In this document: positions 21,695 to 30,050 of the stretch, one piece after another | Position numbering within the stretch: the stretch's first letter is position 1 | Layout of the letters: the number at the start of each line of letters is the position of its first letter | Assembly: GCA_963772365.1 (NCBI GenBank) | Contig: CAVYXA010000001.1 | Span: 800,001-864,000 of the forward strand | Origin: an uncultured Verrucomicrobiae bacterium | GTDB lineage: Bacteria; Verrucomicrobiota; Verrucomicrobiia; Chthoniobacterales; UBA10450 | Reading direction: 5' to 3' | Length of the DNA stretch: 64,000 nt | Program-made: the position numbers and the translations under genes | Notes under the pieces: model-generated | Database searches by the model: none | What the model was told of the DNA's origin: nothing | What the model saw: only the letters and a program-made list of their open reading frames with translations

Positions 21695-22171
21695 ATGAAC
21701 TGGACAAGCTGGCTACTGTGGGGATTCATCAGCACGATCGTGCTCGAATCGATCCAGGCCGGAAGTCAGGGAGTCGGCATCACTCGAATGAATCTGCCGT
21801 ATCTGCTCGGGACAATGTTCACCCCCGATCGCGACCGGGCGAAATTGATCGGAATCTTTCTGCATTTCCTGAATGGCTGGATTTTTTCGCTCATCTACGC
21901 CGCCGCGTTTCAATCATTGGGAAGATCGACATGGTGGCTCGGCGCATTATTCGGACTCGGCCAGGCGATCTTCGTTTTGGCCGTGGCGTTGCCCATTCTT
22001 CCCGCAGTACATCCGCGAGTCGCCAACGAACAATACGGCCCGACTGTTCAGCGCCAATTGGAACCACCCGGCTTTTTGGGATTGCATTACGGAATCCGCA
22101 CCCCGATCTCGGTCGTAATTGCCCACACCATCTTCGGCATCATTCTCGGCGCTTTTTACGTCGTAAAATGA
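21695..22171 (+). CDS. Hypothetical membrane protein
   Basis: About 4 TM segments; TRMNLPYLLG; LEPPGFLGLHYG. Confidence 0.8.
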   Translation: MNWTSWLLWGFISTIVLESIQAGSQGVGITRMNLPYLLGTMFTPDRDRAKLIGIFLHFLNGWIFSLIYAAAFQSLGRSTWWLGALFGLGQAIFVLAVALPILPAVHPRVANEQYGPTVQRQLEPPGFLGLHYGIRTPISVVIAHTIFGIILGAFYVVK

Positions 22172-22197
22172 ATGGGCAACTCGTGTCGCCATATCAT

Positions 22198-22400
22198 GTC
22201 ATTCTGAGCGAAGCGAAGAATGAAGCGAACGGGATGAACGACATGGACCGTAAGACCGTGAGGGTAACGGCGAGTGAGTCGGGAGACGAACGAGTTCAAT
22301 CTCCAATCTTTTCCATGGCTCCGCGAGAGGCAAATGAATCGAGAGGTTTCCAGGCTTCGCCTAAAGCTACGACCTGGCAAACGCTCCGCTCAACACCACA
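22198..22400. repeat. Composite family A repeat carrying a 79-bp module and a nested family D repeat
   Basis: Near-identical to 26659-26790 over about 105 bp. Confidence 0.85.
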
Positions 22401-22470
22401 ATCGGTCGACACCTTAATGAGCTTTTCAAGCGGTCGCAAAAGCAACGGTGGGACAACCAACTTTTCCTGT

Positions 22471-22537
22471 TTAGGCCGAATTTATCCATCTGTAATCGGA
22501 TTAGGCCGAAAAATTCGGTATAAATCTAGTTAGGTCT
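22471..22537 (+). other. Putative integron attI site
   Basis: Direct repeats TTAGGCCGAA at 22471 and 22501; CGGTATAAATCTA followed by the core GTTAGGT at 22529, directly before the first cassette ATG. Confidence 0.6.
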
Positions 22538-23113
22538 ATGGACACGCTGACTGCCATTGTGGAGCTGGTAAAGGCGCTTGCATGGCCCGCAAGCGCGTTC
22601 GCTATCGTCTTCCTTTTGCGCCGCGCGATCCTTCGGCTGATGGACTCGATTCGCGAAGGCCGCGTCAAATACAAGGATGTCGAATTCACCTTTAAGCGCG
22701 ACCTTGAGCAAGCTCGAGAATCAATCAAAAAGATCGAGACAATTTCCTCCCCCGCTTTACCCGCTCCGAAAGAGCCAGAGATCGATGATCTCATGGCTCT
22801 CGCGGAGCTTTCGCCACGCGCCGCGGTGGTCGAGGCGTGGATACGCCTCGAAGCCGCAGGCGCAGAGTTTGCTCGGAAGCACGCCCCAGCCGAGGCATCG
22901 AGGCAACGAAGGCCGTCGGTGTATCTAGATGTGCTTCGGCGCCATGAATCGGTTCCCACCGCCGTCATGACGGCTATTCAGAAGCTTCGCGACATCAGAA
23001 ATCGGACAGTGCATACACCTGAGTTCCAGCCTTCGGTGGACGATGCAGAAGAGTATGTGTTGCTTACTTTCGCAGTCGTTGAAGATCTCCGGCGAATCAC
23101 CGAACAGACCTAA
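22538..23113 (+). CDS. Integron cassette 1: hypothetical protein with N-terminal TM and a HEPN-like RxxxxH motif
   Basis: Flanked by GTTAGGTCT and AGACCTAAC; C-terminal LRDIRNRTVH. Confidence 0.75.
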   Translation: MDTLTAIVELVKALAWPASAFAIVFLLRRAILRLMDSIREGRVKYKDVEFTFKRDLEQARESIKKIETISSPALPAPKEPEIDDLMALAELSPRAAVVEAWIRLEAAGAEFARKHAPAEASRQRRPSVYLDVLRRHESVPTAVMTAIQKLRDIRNRTVHTPEFQPSVDDAEEYVLLTFAVVEDLRRITEQT

Positions 23114-23231
23114 CCATGCGATGCAGCCAACCACTGGCCGGCGTACGGCGGAGATTTTCATGACTCAAACCTCTTATTCCGGTGCCACGCGCGCTCTCGC
23201 CAGCGGTGGCTGATCTTGGTCTCGTTAGGCC
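23106..23231 (+). repeat. attC site 1
   Basis: R'' ACCTAAC overlaps the stop codon; CAGCCAACCACTGGC pairs with GCCAGCGGTGGCTG; R' GTTAGGC at 23224. Confidence 0.88.
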
Positions 23232-23240
23232 TCATCGGAC

Positions 23241-23645
23241 ATGAATACGATTACAGATATTGAAACACTCTACGCCCGTTTAGGCGAACGCGACTACGAA
23301 GCGGTGATGTCGTATTTGGCTGACGACATTGTCTGGATCGTGGCTGACAATTCGCCATTGGCGGACCGCAGCCCGTATCACGGGATAGCGGCGGTGCGCT
23401 CAGGCATTTTCGAACGCTTAACGGCGGGTTTTGACAAGCTCGTCTTTAACGTGGACGATATCTTTGAGTGCAACGGCGGCGAGAGAGTTGTGGCTCTCGG
23501 CTACTATCACTTCAGATTTCACGGGCAAGGCCAGGAACGCAAAGCACAGGTCGCCCACGTCTGGACGATCCGCGACGGTCGGGCCGTAAAATTTCAGCAA
23601 TATCTCGACACGCTCCAAGTCGCACGTGATGCGGGAGCTGTCTAA
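23241..23645 (+). CDS. Integron cassette 2: SnoaL/NTF2-like protein
   Basis: LADDIVW, YHG, VAHVWTIRDG..FQQYLDT; starts 17 nt after R'. Confidence 0.88.
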   Translation: MNTITDIETLYARLGERDYEAVMSYLADDIVWIVADNSPLADRSPYHGIAAVRSGIFERLTAGFDKLVFNVDDIFECNGGERVVALGYYHFRFHGQGQERKAQVAHVWTIRDGRAVKFQQYLDTLQVARDAGAV

Positions 23646-23699
23646 GGCGCTCCATGCACTCATCTAACCCCTATGAAGGGTGTCAAAGATAAGTTTTGA

Positions 23700-23970
23700 G
23701 GATGACGGTTACATTGGTTTGTCAGGTTGTGGGGTTGAACTTGGGTAGGAACGCTTCCGCTTTTGGTGCGCGCTTTGGATTGTTCAGCGGCTGATACTCC
23801 TATCCGCGCATGTCGATGTTAATTTTGACAGCGCAATGTGACTTATTCCGTCTCGACTGAAGCGGAACTTTGGCGCGGTCCAATCTAAAGCGACGAAGCT
23901 CGTCGTTTTAACGGTTCAGGTTAGATCCCGGACACGCGCCACGTTCCAAAACTGTTCCCCTCGAACTTGA
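23700..23970 (-). ncRNA. Candidate bridge/seek RNA of the IS110 element
   Basis: About 300 nt of non-coding DNA downstream of the transposase, with nested stems (23864-23947), containing ATCTAACC that matches the junction/attC R'' motif. Boundaries are approximate. Confidence 0.6.
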
Positions 23971-23974
23971 GTAG

Positions 23975-25078
23975 TTAATTAATTAGGCCGAGCCGGGCTG
24001 CGCTACAGCGTCCGGTGTGCACGCGCCACAGATCGACGGCCAAATGCCGGGCCACAGCGACGATGGCTTTTTTGCGTTGTGCGCCGGTGGCGGGCGCGTC
24101 CTTTGCCAGGATAGCGAGCCGTTTTTTAACTGGTGGATATTGCGGCTGGAAACGCACCATGCGCCAGGCGCACTCGACCAGCGCGGCTCTTAGCCGCGGG
24201 TTGCCTCGTTTGGTCACACTGCCCGCAACTCGTTTACTCCCGCTGCTGCGCTCGCCGGGACACAGTCCGGTGTAAGAACTGATCGCGCGCCGATTGTTAA
24301 ACCGGTGCCAATTACAGATCTCGCGAGTGAGCACCACGCTGGTGAGTTTGCCGATCCCGGCCGGTATGCAAGCCTCCGCCGCCGCTTCCAATTCACTGGT
24401 TAGGGCGTTAATTTGCTCCTCTAAACTCAAAAGAGCGGGTCGTGCCACATCCAGCCGTAGCCTGATCCAGACCGGCAGATGTTTGCCCAATCGGCTCCAG
24501 GTCTGTTGTTTCCACCAATGAGCCGGCGCTGCCAGCGCGTGATTGATTAGCAGCGAGCGCCCTTGGGCTTCGAGCTTCTGCCGATGATGCACCAGTTGTC
24601 CACGCTGACGCGAAACATGCCGGGCCTGTTCTTCTTCTTCGCTCGGCACCCGAATCACGGCCAGTTCCCAGGTGTTGCCTTCCACATAACGCGAGAGCCG
24701 CTGACACAACGTCAGAGCATCGCGCGGATCGGTTTTTATTCCCGTGCCCTGTTCGTCGAGTTTGCGCGGCGCAATCACGCAGCAATGTGCTCCAGCGGCA
24801 CACAACTGCCGATACAGTCCGAAGCCAAACCCGCACGCCTCATAAACCACATGAACCGTGTGACCCCTTCGCAACACTGCTTCCACCCAGGGAACAAACT
24901 CGGGAGGGGCAAAGCGTCGAGGCGCCTTGGGCAAGAGCTGATCGTATTGGGCCACTACCACATAGACCCGGGCGTGCATGTCCAGTCCAAGCTTGATCAC
25001 CGAGTACGGGAGCTTTACTTTACCAACGGCGCCCTCGGGTGAGGTCGCCCCTTCGTTATGAACGATTGTATTTTGCAT
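23975..25078 (-). CDS. IS110-family DEDD transposase/recombinase
   Basis: LGLDMH, YEACGFG, KTDPRDA, GLCPGERSSG, KRGNPRLRAALVE. Confidence 0.96.
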   Translation of the reverse strand: MQNTIVHNEGATSPEGAVGKVKLPYSVIKLGLDMHARVYVVVAQYDQLLPKAPRRFAPPEFVPWVEAVLRRGHTVHVVYEACGFGFGLYRQLCAAGAHCCVIAPRKLDEQGTGIKTDPRDALTLCQRLSRYVEGNTWELAVIRVPSEEEEQARHVSRQRGQLVHHRQKLEAQGRSLLINHALAAPAHWWKQQTWSRLGKHLPVWIRLRLDVARPALLSLEEQINALTSELEAAAEACIPAGIGKLTSVVLTREICNWHRFNNRRAISSYTGLCPGERSSGSKRVAGSVTKRGNPRLRAALVECAWRMVRFQPQYPPVKKRLAILAKDAPATGAQRKKAIVAVARHLAVDLWRVHTGRCSAARLGLIN

Positions 25079-25119
25079 AGTGCGGGTGAGCTTAACCACT
25101 CGCCCGCACCCTTACATGC

Positions 25120-25241
25120 CATCTAGCCGGTCCAGCCGATCGCGAGCCGTTCCGATTTCTAGCTTTGCGTCAATCCTCCACACTTTCTTTGGTGTCACGC
25201 GCGGTTCCGCTCGCCGTCGCTCAGCTCCGTCTCGTTAGATG
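25120..25241 (+). repeat. attC site 2 (interrupted by the IS110 element)
   Basis: Similar to attC1 (...CACGCGCG..CGC..CG...GCT....TCTCGTTAG); R' GTTAGATG is the reverse complement of CATCTAAC at 23661. Confidence 0.78.
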
Positions 25242-25383
25242 TTCTGACTACAACAAGATGGCGGGTCGAGCCGAACTGGCCTAGCGACCTGCTCCATCAT
25301 GCCGGAGTTTTGTGAATAACTCGCGAAATTGCAAAACTTGGTGATTGACTTGCCGGGCGTTTCCGTCCGAAATCGCTCGCATT

Positions 25384-26007
25384 GTGAAAACTCCCTCAAC
25401 AATCCTTTTCAGTTTGCTGGGTGTTCTCGTGGTCGCCTTTGCGACTCCGGCGTCGGCCAATCTCATCGTTAATGGTGGTTTCGAAACCGGCGATTTCACC
25501 GGCTGGACCCAAGCAGACAATACCGCATTGACCGGTGTAAGTGCAGGTGCAGCGTACTCAGGGAATTTTGGAGCTTATATGGCGCCGCCAGATTCGACCG
25601 GTACTCTCTACCAGGAGTTCGCGACGGTTGCCGGCGCTTTCTATGATTTGACTTTCTACCTGCGCAACAGCGGAGGTGGAACTGGCCCCAACGTTGATGG
25701 GGAGCCCGTTGACTTTCGGGTTGCTTTTGCTGGAAATTTTGTCCCAGGAGGGGATGTCTCGGATGTGGGAAGTTCTTTCACGCAATATACCTTTACTGTC
25801 CAGGCGACCAGCACGTCCACGCGTCTCGAATTTGTCTTCCGGAACGATTCTGACGTTTTCAATCTCGACGATGTCTCGGTAGAACTGCACCAGACCAGCG
25901 GTGTCCCCGAAACGGGCAGCAGCGCGTGGCTAATGGCTCTGGCGTTGGCGGGACTCTTCGGAGCGCACCGCATTTTTGGGCGCGCCGCCAGACACGTGCC
26001 AGCGTAG
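25384..26007 (+). CDS. PEP-CTERM/VPxxG-CTERM surface protein with a carbohydrate-binding-like domain
   Basis: Signal peptide; NLIVNGGFETGDFTGW; LDDVSV; C-terminal VPETGSS + TM + basic tail. Confidence 0.88.
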   Translation: MKTPSTILFSLLGVLVVAFATPASANLIVNGGFETGDFTGWTQADNTALTGVSAGAAYSGNFGAYMAPPDSTGTLYQEFATVAGAFYDLTFYLRNSGGGTGPNVDGEPVDFRVAFAGNFVPGGDVSDVGSSFTQYTFTVQATSTSTRLEFVFRNDSDVFNLDDVSVELHQTSGVPETGSSAWLMALALAGLFGAHRIFGRAARHVPA

Positions 26008-26214
26008 CTTTCGAAATCCTGGAACGCTGAGATTCTGAAAAGTCGCGGGATCGGCGTTTGAGTCGACGATCAGAGCGCGAAATTCGTGCGGGCCGACGGA
26101 CCGCCGTGAATCAGGGCTGAACGATGAATTATTAGGGATCAAATGAAACCCGCATGCGCCCTCATCCGCCGTCGCTTCACTGGCCGAACAGTCAGAGTGA
26201 GTAGAATTTCCTGC

Positions 26215-26628
26215 GTGCGGAATAGATTGTCATGCAAACAAATAGGTCTCGTCGCCGCGCTGTTGCTTTGTAGTTGCAGTACACAGCTCCCTTTCGAAGG
26301 CGACCCAATGCCGCCGAACCAGGTCGCGACTTTTATGAAAGTGGCTACCCCTGCGAGCAAATATGACACCGCACCGAAATTTCTGCGCGGTTTTGCGCCG
26401 TTTTCCCCAGAGGGGGCGGCGCAGCACGGTCAGTGGGGCTACGCTGAAGTTGATTTCGTCGTCCGCCCCGATGGCTCGACGCGTAATGTCCGAATGGTTC
26501 AGGCAACTGCTTACGATTTCGCCCAGGCAGCGGCGCTAGCCGTACAAAAATGGAAGTTTAGTCCCGCAACGAAGAACGGTCGCCCGGTAGCAGTCCGGGT
26601 TCGGTTGCCATTCACGTTTCGTTCGTAG
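26215..26628 (+). CDS. TonB C-terminal domain lipoprotein
   Basis: Lipobox-like LLCSC; AVQKWKFSPATKNGRPV..LPFTF. Confidence 0.85.
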   Translation: MRNRLSCKQIGLVAALLLCSCSTQLPFEGDPMPPNQVATFMKVATPASKYDTAPKFLRGFAPFSPEGAAQHGQWGYAEVDFVVRPDGSTRNVRMVQATAYDFAQAAALAVQKWKFSPATKNGRPVAVRVRLPFTFRS

Positions 26629-26658
26629 CCGCTCCCTGGAACTGGAACAGCCCATCCT

Positions 26659-26790
26659 GTCATTCTGAGCGATGCGAAGAATGGAGCGAACGGGATGAAC
26701 GACATGGACCGCAAGGCCGTGAGGGGTAACGGCGAGTGAGTCGGGAAACAAACGAATTCAATCTCAATCCATTTCCTAGCTCAACATGAC
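26659..26790. repeat. Family A repeat carrying an 80-bp module
   Basis: GTCATTCTGAGC...GCTCAACATGAC; direct repeat of 22198-22303. Confidence 0.85.
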
Positions 26791-26812
26791 AACCTGCTGA
26801 AACCAAAAAAAG

Positions 26813-26886
26813 CGCGCCCGAGAGGATTCGAACCACTAACCTTCTGATCCGTAGTCAGATGCTCTATCCAGTTGAGCTACGGGCGC
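26813..26886 (-). tRNA. tRNA-Arg(ACG), CCA not encoded
   Basis: GCGCCCG acceptor stem, TAGCTCAACTGGATAGAGC D arm, CT-ACG-GA anticodon loop, GGTTCGAATCC. Confidence 0.97.
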
Positions 26887-27056
26887 CCGTTTCGAAAGAG
26901 CGTTTAATTTGCGGAGATACGCGGAAGCGTCAAATCCACACCCGTTCTGAAAACGTCTCGACGAACACCGAATCATTCGATACGGAACCGCCAAATTATT
27001 GATTCACCTGGCGGGCACAAACTGTGCATTATTCCGGCCATTCAAAATCCTGATTT

Positions 27057-30050
27057 ATGGAAGGCATCATTCTGTTGCTCCTGATTGTCGTCGTAATCAT
27101 TTGTGTGTTGCCAATCGTGGCGATTGTAAAAGCGAGCGGCGCTCAGCGAACCCTGATTGATCTAAAGACCCGGTTAGCCGAACTCGAGCAGCAAGTGCGC
27201 GGATTACGGGGCGAAACGGGCGTGCGTGCTCCCTCAGCGGTGGAACCAAGTCTCGAGCCGATTGTTCCCGCACCCGCCATAGCTCCGACCCGTCCCAAAC
27301 CGTCACCCGCAGTTCCGCCGCCTTTGCCAATCGAAGTTACTGCTCAAACGAGATCGACATCTCCACCATCGCCAATTCCCGCGACTGTTTCGCCGAAACC
27401 ATCGTTGCCTGCGATTAATTGGGAACATTTTATGGGCGCGAAACTTTTCGCCTGGATCGGCGGGCTGGCCCTGTTTCTTGGCGTCGCGTTCTTCGTGAAA
27501 TATTCGTTCGAGCACAATCTGATTCCACCCGAGATCCGAGTAAGCATCGGATTCGTGGTCGGCTTGGCGCTGGTGATTGGCGGGGTCGCGCTCAAGCGCA
27601 AGGAACACGCGGTCACTGCCCAAACACTTTGCGCGACGGGCATCCTGATTCTTTACGCGGTCACATTCGCCTGCCGATCGTTCTATCACTTCGCGTTCTT
27701 CGGACTCATCCCAACCTTTCTTCTGATGACGCTGATCACCGCCGTCGCGTTCTTGCTTGCGGTGCGACTCAATGCAATTGCGGTGGCGATTCTCGGAATG
27801 GCCGGCGGTTTTCTCACGCCGGTCCTACTCTCAACCGGTCAGGATAATCCAGCTGGTCTATTCGGATATCTGGCCTTGCTCGACCTTGGTCTGGTCCTCG
27901 TAGCTCGCCGCAAGCACTGGAGCGCACTCCCGATCCTGGGCGCGATCGGGACAATTTTCATGCAGGCCGCTTGGGTAACGAGTTTCTTTCTCACACAAAA
28001 ATATTTTCTCGGCAGCAAACTATTTGTGCCGATGGCGGTGTTTCTCGGGTTTGAAATTCTATTTTGCGCGGCGCTAGCCTCGATCAAATCCGGAGCGAAA
28101 TCCGAGCGTGCTTTTGCCGCGGCTGCGATCGGCATGGGCGGAGCGGCAATTTTGTGGGGTTTCTATTTCTTTTCGTTTCAACCAATCGGCCAACGGCCGG
28201 TCGTGCTCCTCAGTTACATTTTTCTCGTCGATCTTGTCCTGCTCACAATTGTCTTCCTAAAAGAAAAACTGGCGCAGCTCGCAAATGTTACGGGTCTGGC
28301 GGTATTCGTTTTTCTGGCGAGCTGGACCGCTTCCTATCTAAAATCTGAAAATCTTTACGTCGCGCTCGGGGCGTTTTTTGTATTCGCGCTGCTCCATTCC
28401 GCCGCGCCGCTGTTGTTACAACGCGTTCGCAAGATCAATATCGGATGGTGTGGACATCTGTTTCCGGCATTGGCGCTCATCCTGGTTTTTCTGCCGATTT
28501 GTAATCTCGACCAGGTTTCATTTTTAATTTGGCCGTTGGTCTTATGTGTGGATCTCCTGGCCATCGTGCTGGCAGGAATTACCGGCACGCTCTTGTCGAT
28601 CCTGGTTGTTCTTGTGCTCACTCTTGTCGTAATCGGTGGCTGGATTTTCCGGATTCCGGCCGAGCTGACCGGGCTCGATACTTCTCTCTTTCTCCTCGGC
28701 GGCTTCGCCATTTTCTTTTTGCTTGCCGCGCTGTGGGCGTCGCGACGTTTGATCGGCAAATTCGATACCACAAGCGGAAAACTCTTCGGCGCGCTGACCA
28801 TTCCGGCAAATTTCGCAGTCCAACTTCCGGCATTGTCGGCCACGTTGCCGTTTTTGTTGCTGATCATGGTGACGCTCAGGTTGCCGCTGGCGAATCCATC
28901 GCCGGTTTTCGGGCTGGCATTGTTGTTTGGCATCTTGCTGCTGGGCATGACGAAAATCATGGATTTGGAATTGCTCGCCGCCGTTGCGTTAGGATCGACA
29001 GTCGCTCTTGAGTATGCCTGGCACGGAGCTCATTTCGACACTCGTCACGCCTTGTTGCCGATCGCTTGGTACATCGGATTCGCAGCGATCTTCACGATCT
29101 TTCCATTCCTCTTTCATCGACAATTCGCCAAACGAACATTGATCTGGGCCACGGCCGCGCTGGCTGCGCCTCTGCATTTCTTTCTGATCTATGACGCGAT
29201 CCGCCGCGGTTATCCAAACGGCATGCTCGGGCTCGTGCCGGCGATCTTTTCCATCCCGTCGCTGCTTGGGCTGATTGTTTTGCTCAAACGCACACCGGTG
29301 GAAAGTCAGGCGCGCAACGCCCAACTGGCGCTATTCGGCGGCGCGGCCCTGTTTTTCATCACATTAATTTTTCCGATCCAGTTCGATCGACAATGGATTA
29401 CGCTGGGTTGGGCGCTCGAGGGCGCGGCGCTGTGCTGGTTGTTTCATCGCATCCCGCATCCCGGGTTGCGGTTGGTCGGCGCAGGGTTGCTGGTGGTGGC
29501 GTTTGTGCGTTTGGCATTCAACCCGGCTGTGTTGAATTACCACGCCCGAACCAGCACACCGATTTTCAACTGGTATCTTTACACTTACGGCATCGTGACG
29601 ATCTGTTTGTTTGCAGGGGCGTGGTTGCTGGCGCCGCCGCGAAACCTCATCCTTGGTCGAAAAGCTCCGCCATTGCTTTACGCGCTCGCCACCATCCTGG
29701 CGTTTCTGTTAGTCAACATCGAGATCGCCGATTACTTCACCCCGCCCGGCGCGAGCGCGCTCACTTTTCAATTCTCCGGCAATTTCGCGCGCGATATGAG
29801 TTACAGCATTGCCTGGGCGTTATTCGCGTTGCTGCTCTTGATCATTGGAATTCGACACGCTCTGAAACCTGTTCGTTATGCAGGTCTCGGTTTGCTCGGT
29901 GTGACGATACTCAAGCTTTTCCTGCACGATCTCTCCGAGCTCGATCAACTTTACCGGATCGCTGCGTTCATCATCGTGGCCATCATCGCCATCGTGGCAT
30001 CGTTTCTTTATCAGCGTTTTCTCGCGCTTCCCGAAAAACAAACGCCATGA
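27057..30050 (+). CDS. DUF2339-like large polytopic membrane protein
   Basis: NWEHFMGAKLFAWIGG, many TM segments, C-terminal KLFLHDL..LYRI. Confidence 0.85.
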   Translation: MEGIILLLLIVVVIICVLPIVAIVKASGAQRTLIDLKTRLAELEQQVRGLRGETGVRAPSAVEPSLEPIVPAPAIAPTRPKPSPAVPPPLPIEVTAQTRSTSPPSPIPATVSPKPSLPAINWEHFMGAKLFAWIGGLALFLGVAFFVKYSFEHNLIPPEIRVSIGFVVGLALVIGGVALKRKEHAVTAQTLCATGILILYAVTFACRSFYHFAFFGLIPTFLLMTLITAVAFLLAVRLNAIAVAILGMAGGFLTPVLLSTGQDNPAGLFGYLALLDLGLVLVARRKHWSALPILGAIGTIFMQAAWVTSFFLTQKYFLGSKLFVPMAVFLGFEILFCAALASIKSGAKSERAFAAAAIGMGGAAILWGFYFFSFQPIGQRPVVLLSYIFLVDLVLLTIVFLKEKLAQLANVTGLAVFVFLASWTASYLKSENLYVALGAFFVFALLHSAAPLLLQRVRKINIGWCGHLFPALALILVFLPICNLDQVSFLIWPLVLCVDLLAIVLAGITGTLLSILVVLVLTLVVIGGWIFRIPAELTGLDTSLFLLGGFAIFFLLAALWASRRLIGKFDTTSGKLFGALTIPANFAVQLPALSATLPFLLLIMVTLRLPLANPSPVFGLALLFGILLLGMTKIMDLELLAAVALGSTVALEYAWHGAHFDTRHALLPIAWYIGFAAIFTIFPFLFHRQFAKRTLIWATAALAAPLHFFLIYDAIRRGYPNGMLGLVPAIFSIPSLLGLIVLLKRTPVESQARNAQLALFGGAALFFITLIFPIQFDRQWITLGWALEGAALCWLFHRIPHPGLRLVGAGLLVVAFVRLAFNPAVLNYHARTSTPIFNWYLYTYGIVTICLFAGAWLLAPPRNLILGRKAPPLLYALATILAFLLVNIEIADYFTPPGASALTFQFSGNFARDMSYSIAWALFALLLLIIGIRHALKPVRYAGLGLLGVTILKLFLHDLSELDQLYRIAAFIIVAIIAIVASFLYQRFLALPEKQTP

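Larger units (their letters stand above)
23661..25125 (-). mobile_element. IS110-family (IS1111-like) element inserted in an attC site
   Basis: CATCTA at both junctions; subterminal inverted repeats ATGAAGGGTG (23673) and CACCCTTACAT (25107); long 3' non-coding region. Confidence 0.88.

Noticed and set aside
22198..26790. CRISPR array or prophage att sites
   Set aside because: There are only dispersed repeat copies with no repeat-spacer periodicity, no cas, phage or integrase genes, and no duplicated tRNA 3' end was seen.
29393..30046. N-terminal 218 aa of the 874-aa ORF
   Set aside because: It overlaps the DUF2339-like gene; the true start is probably ATG 30047, which is followed by a signal peptide.
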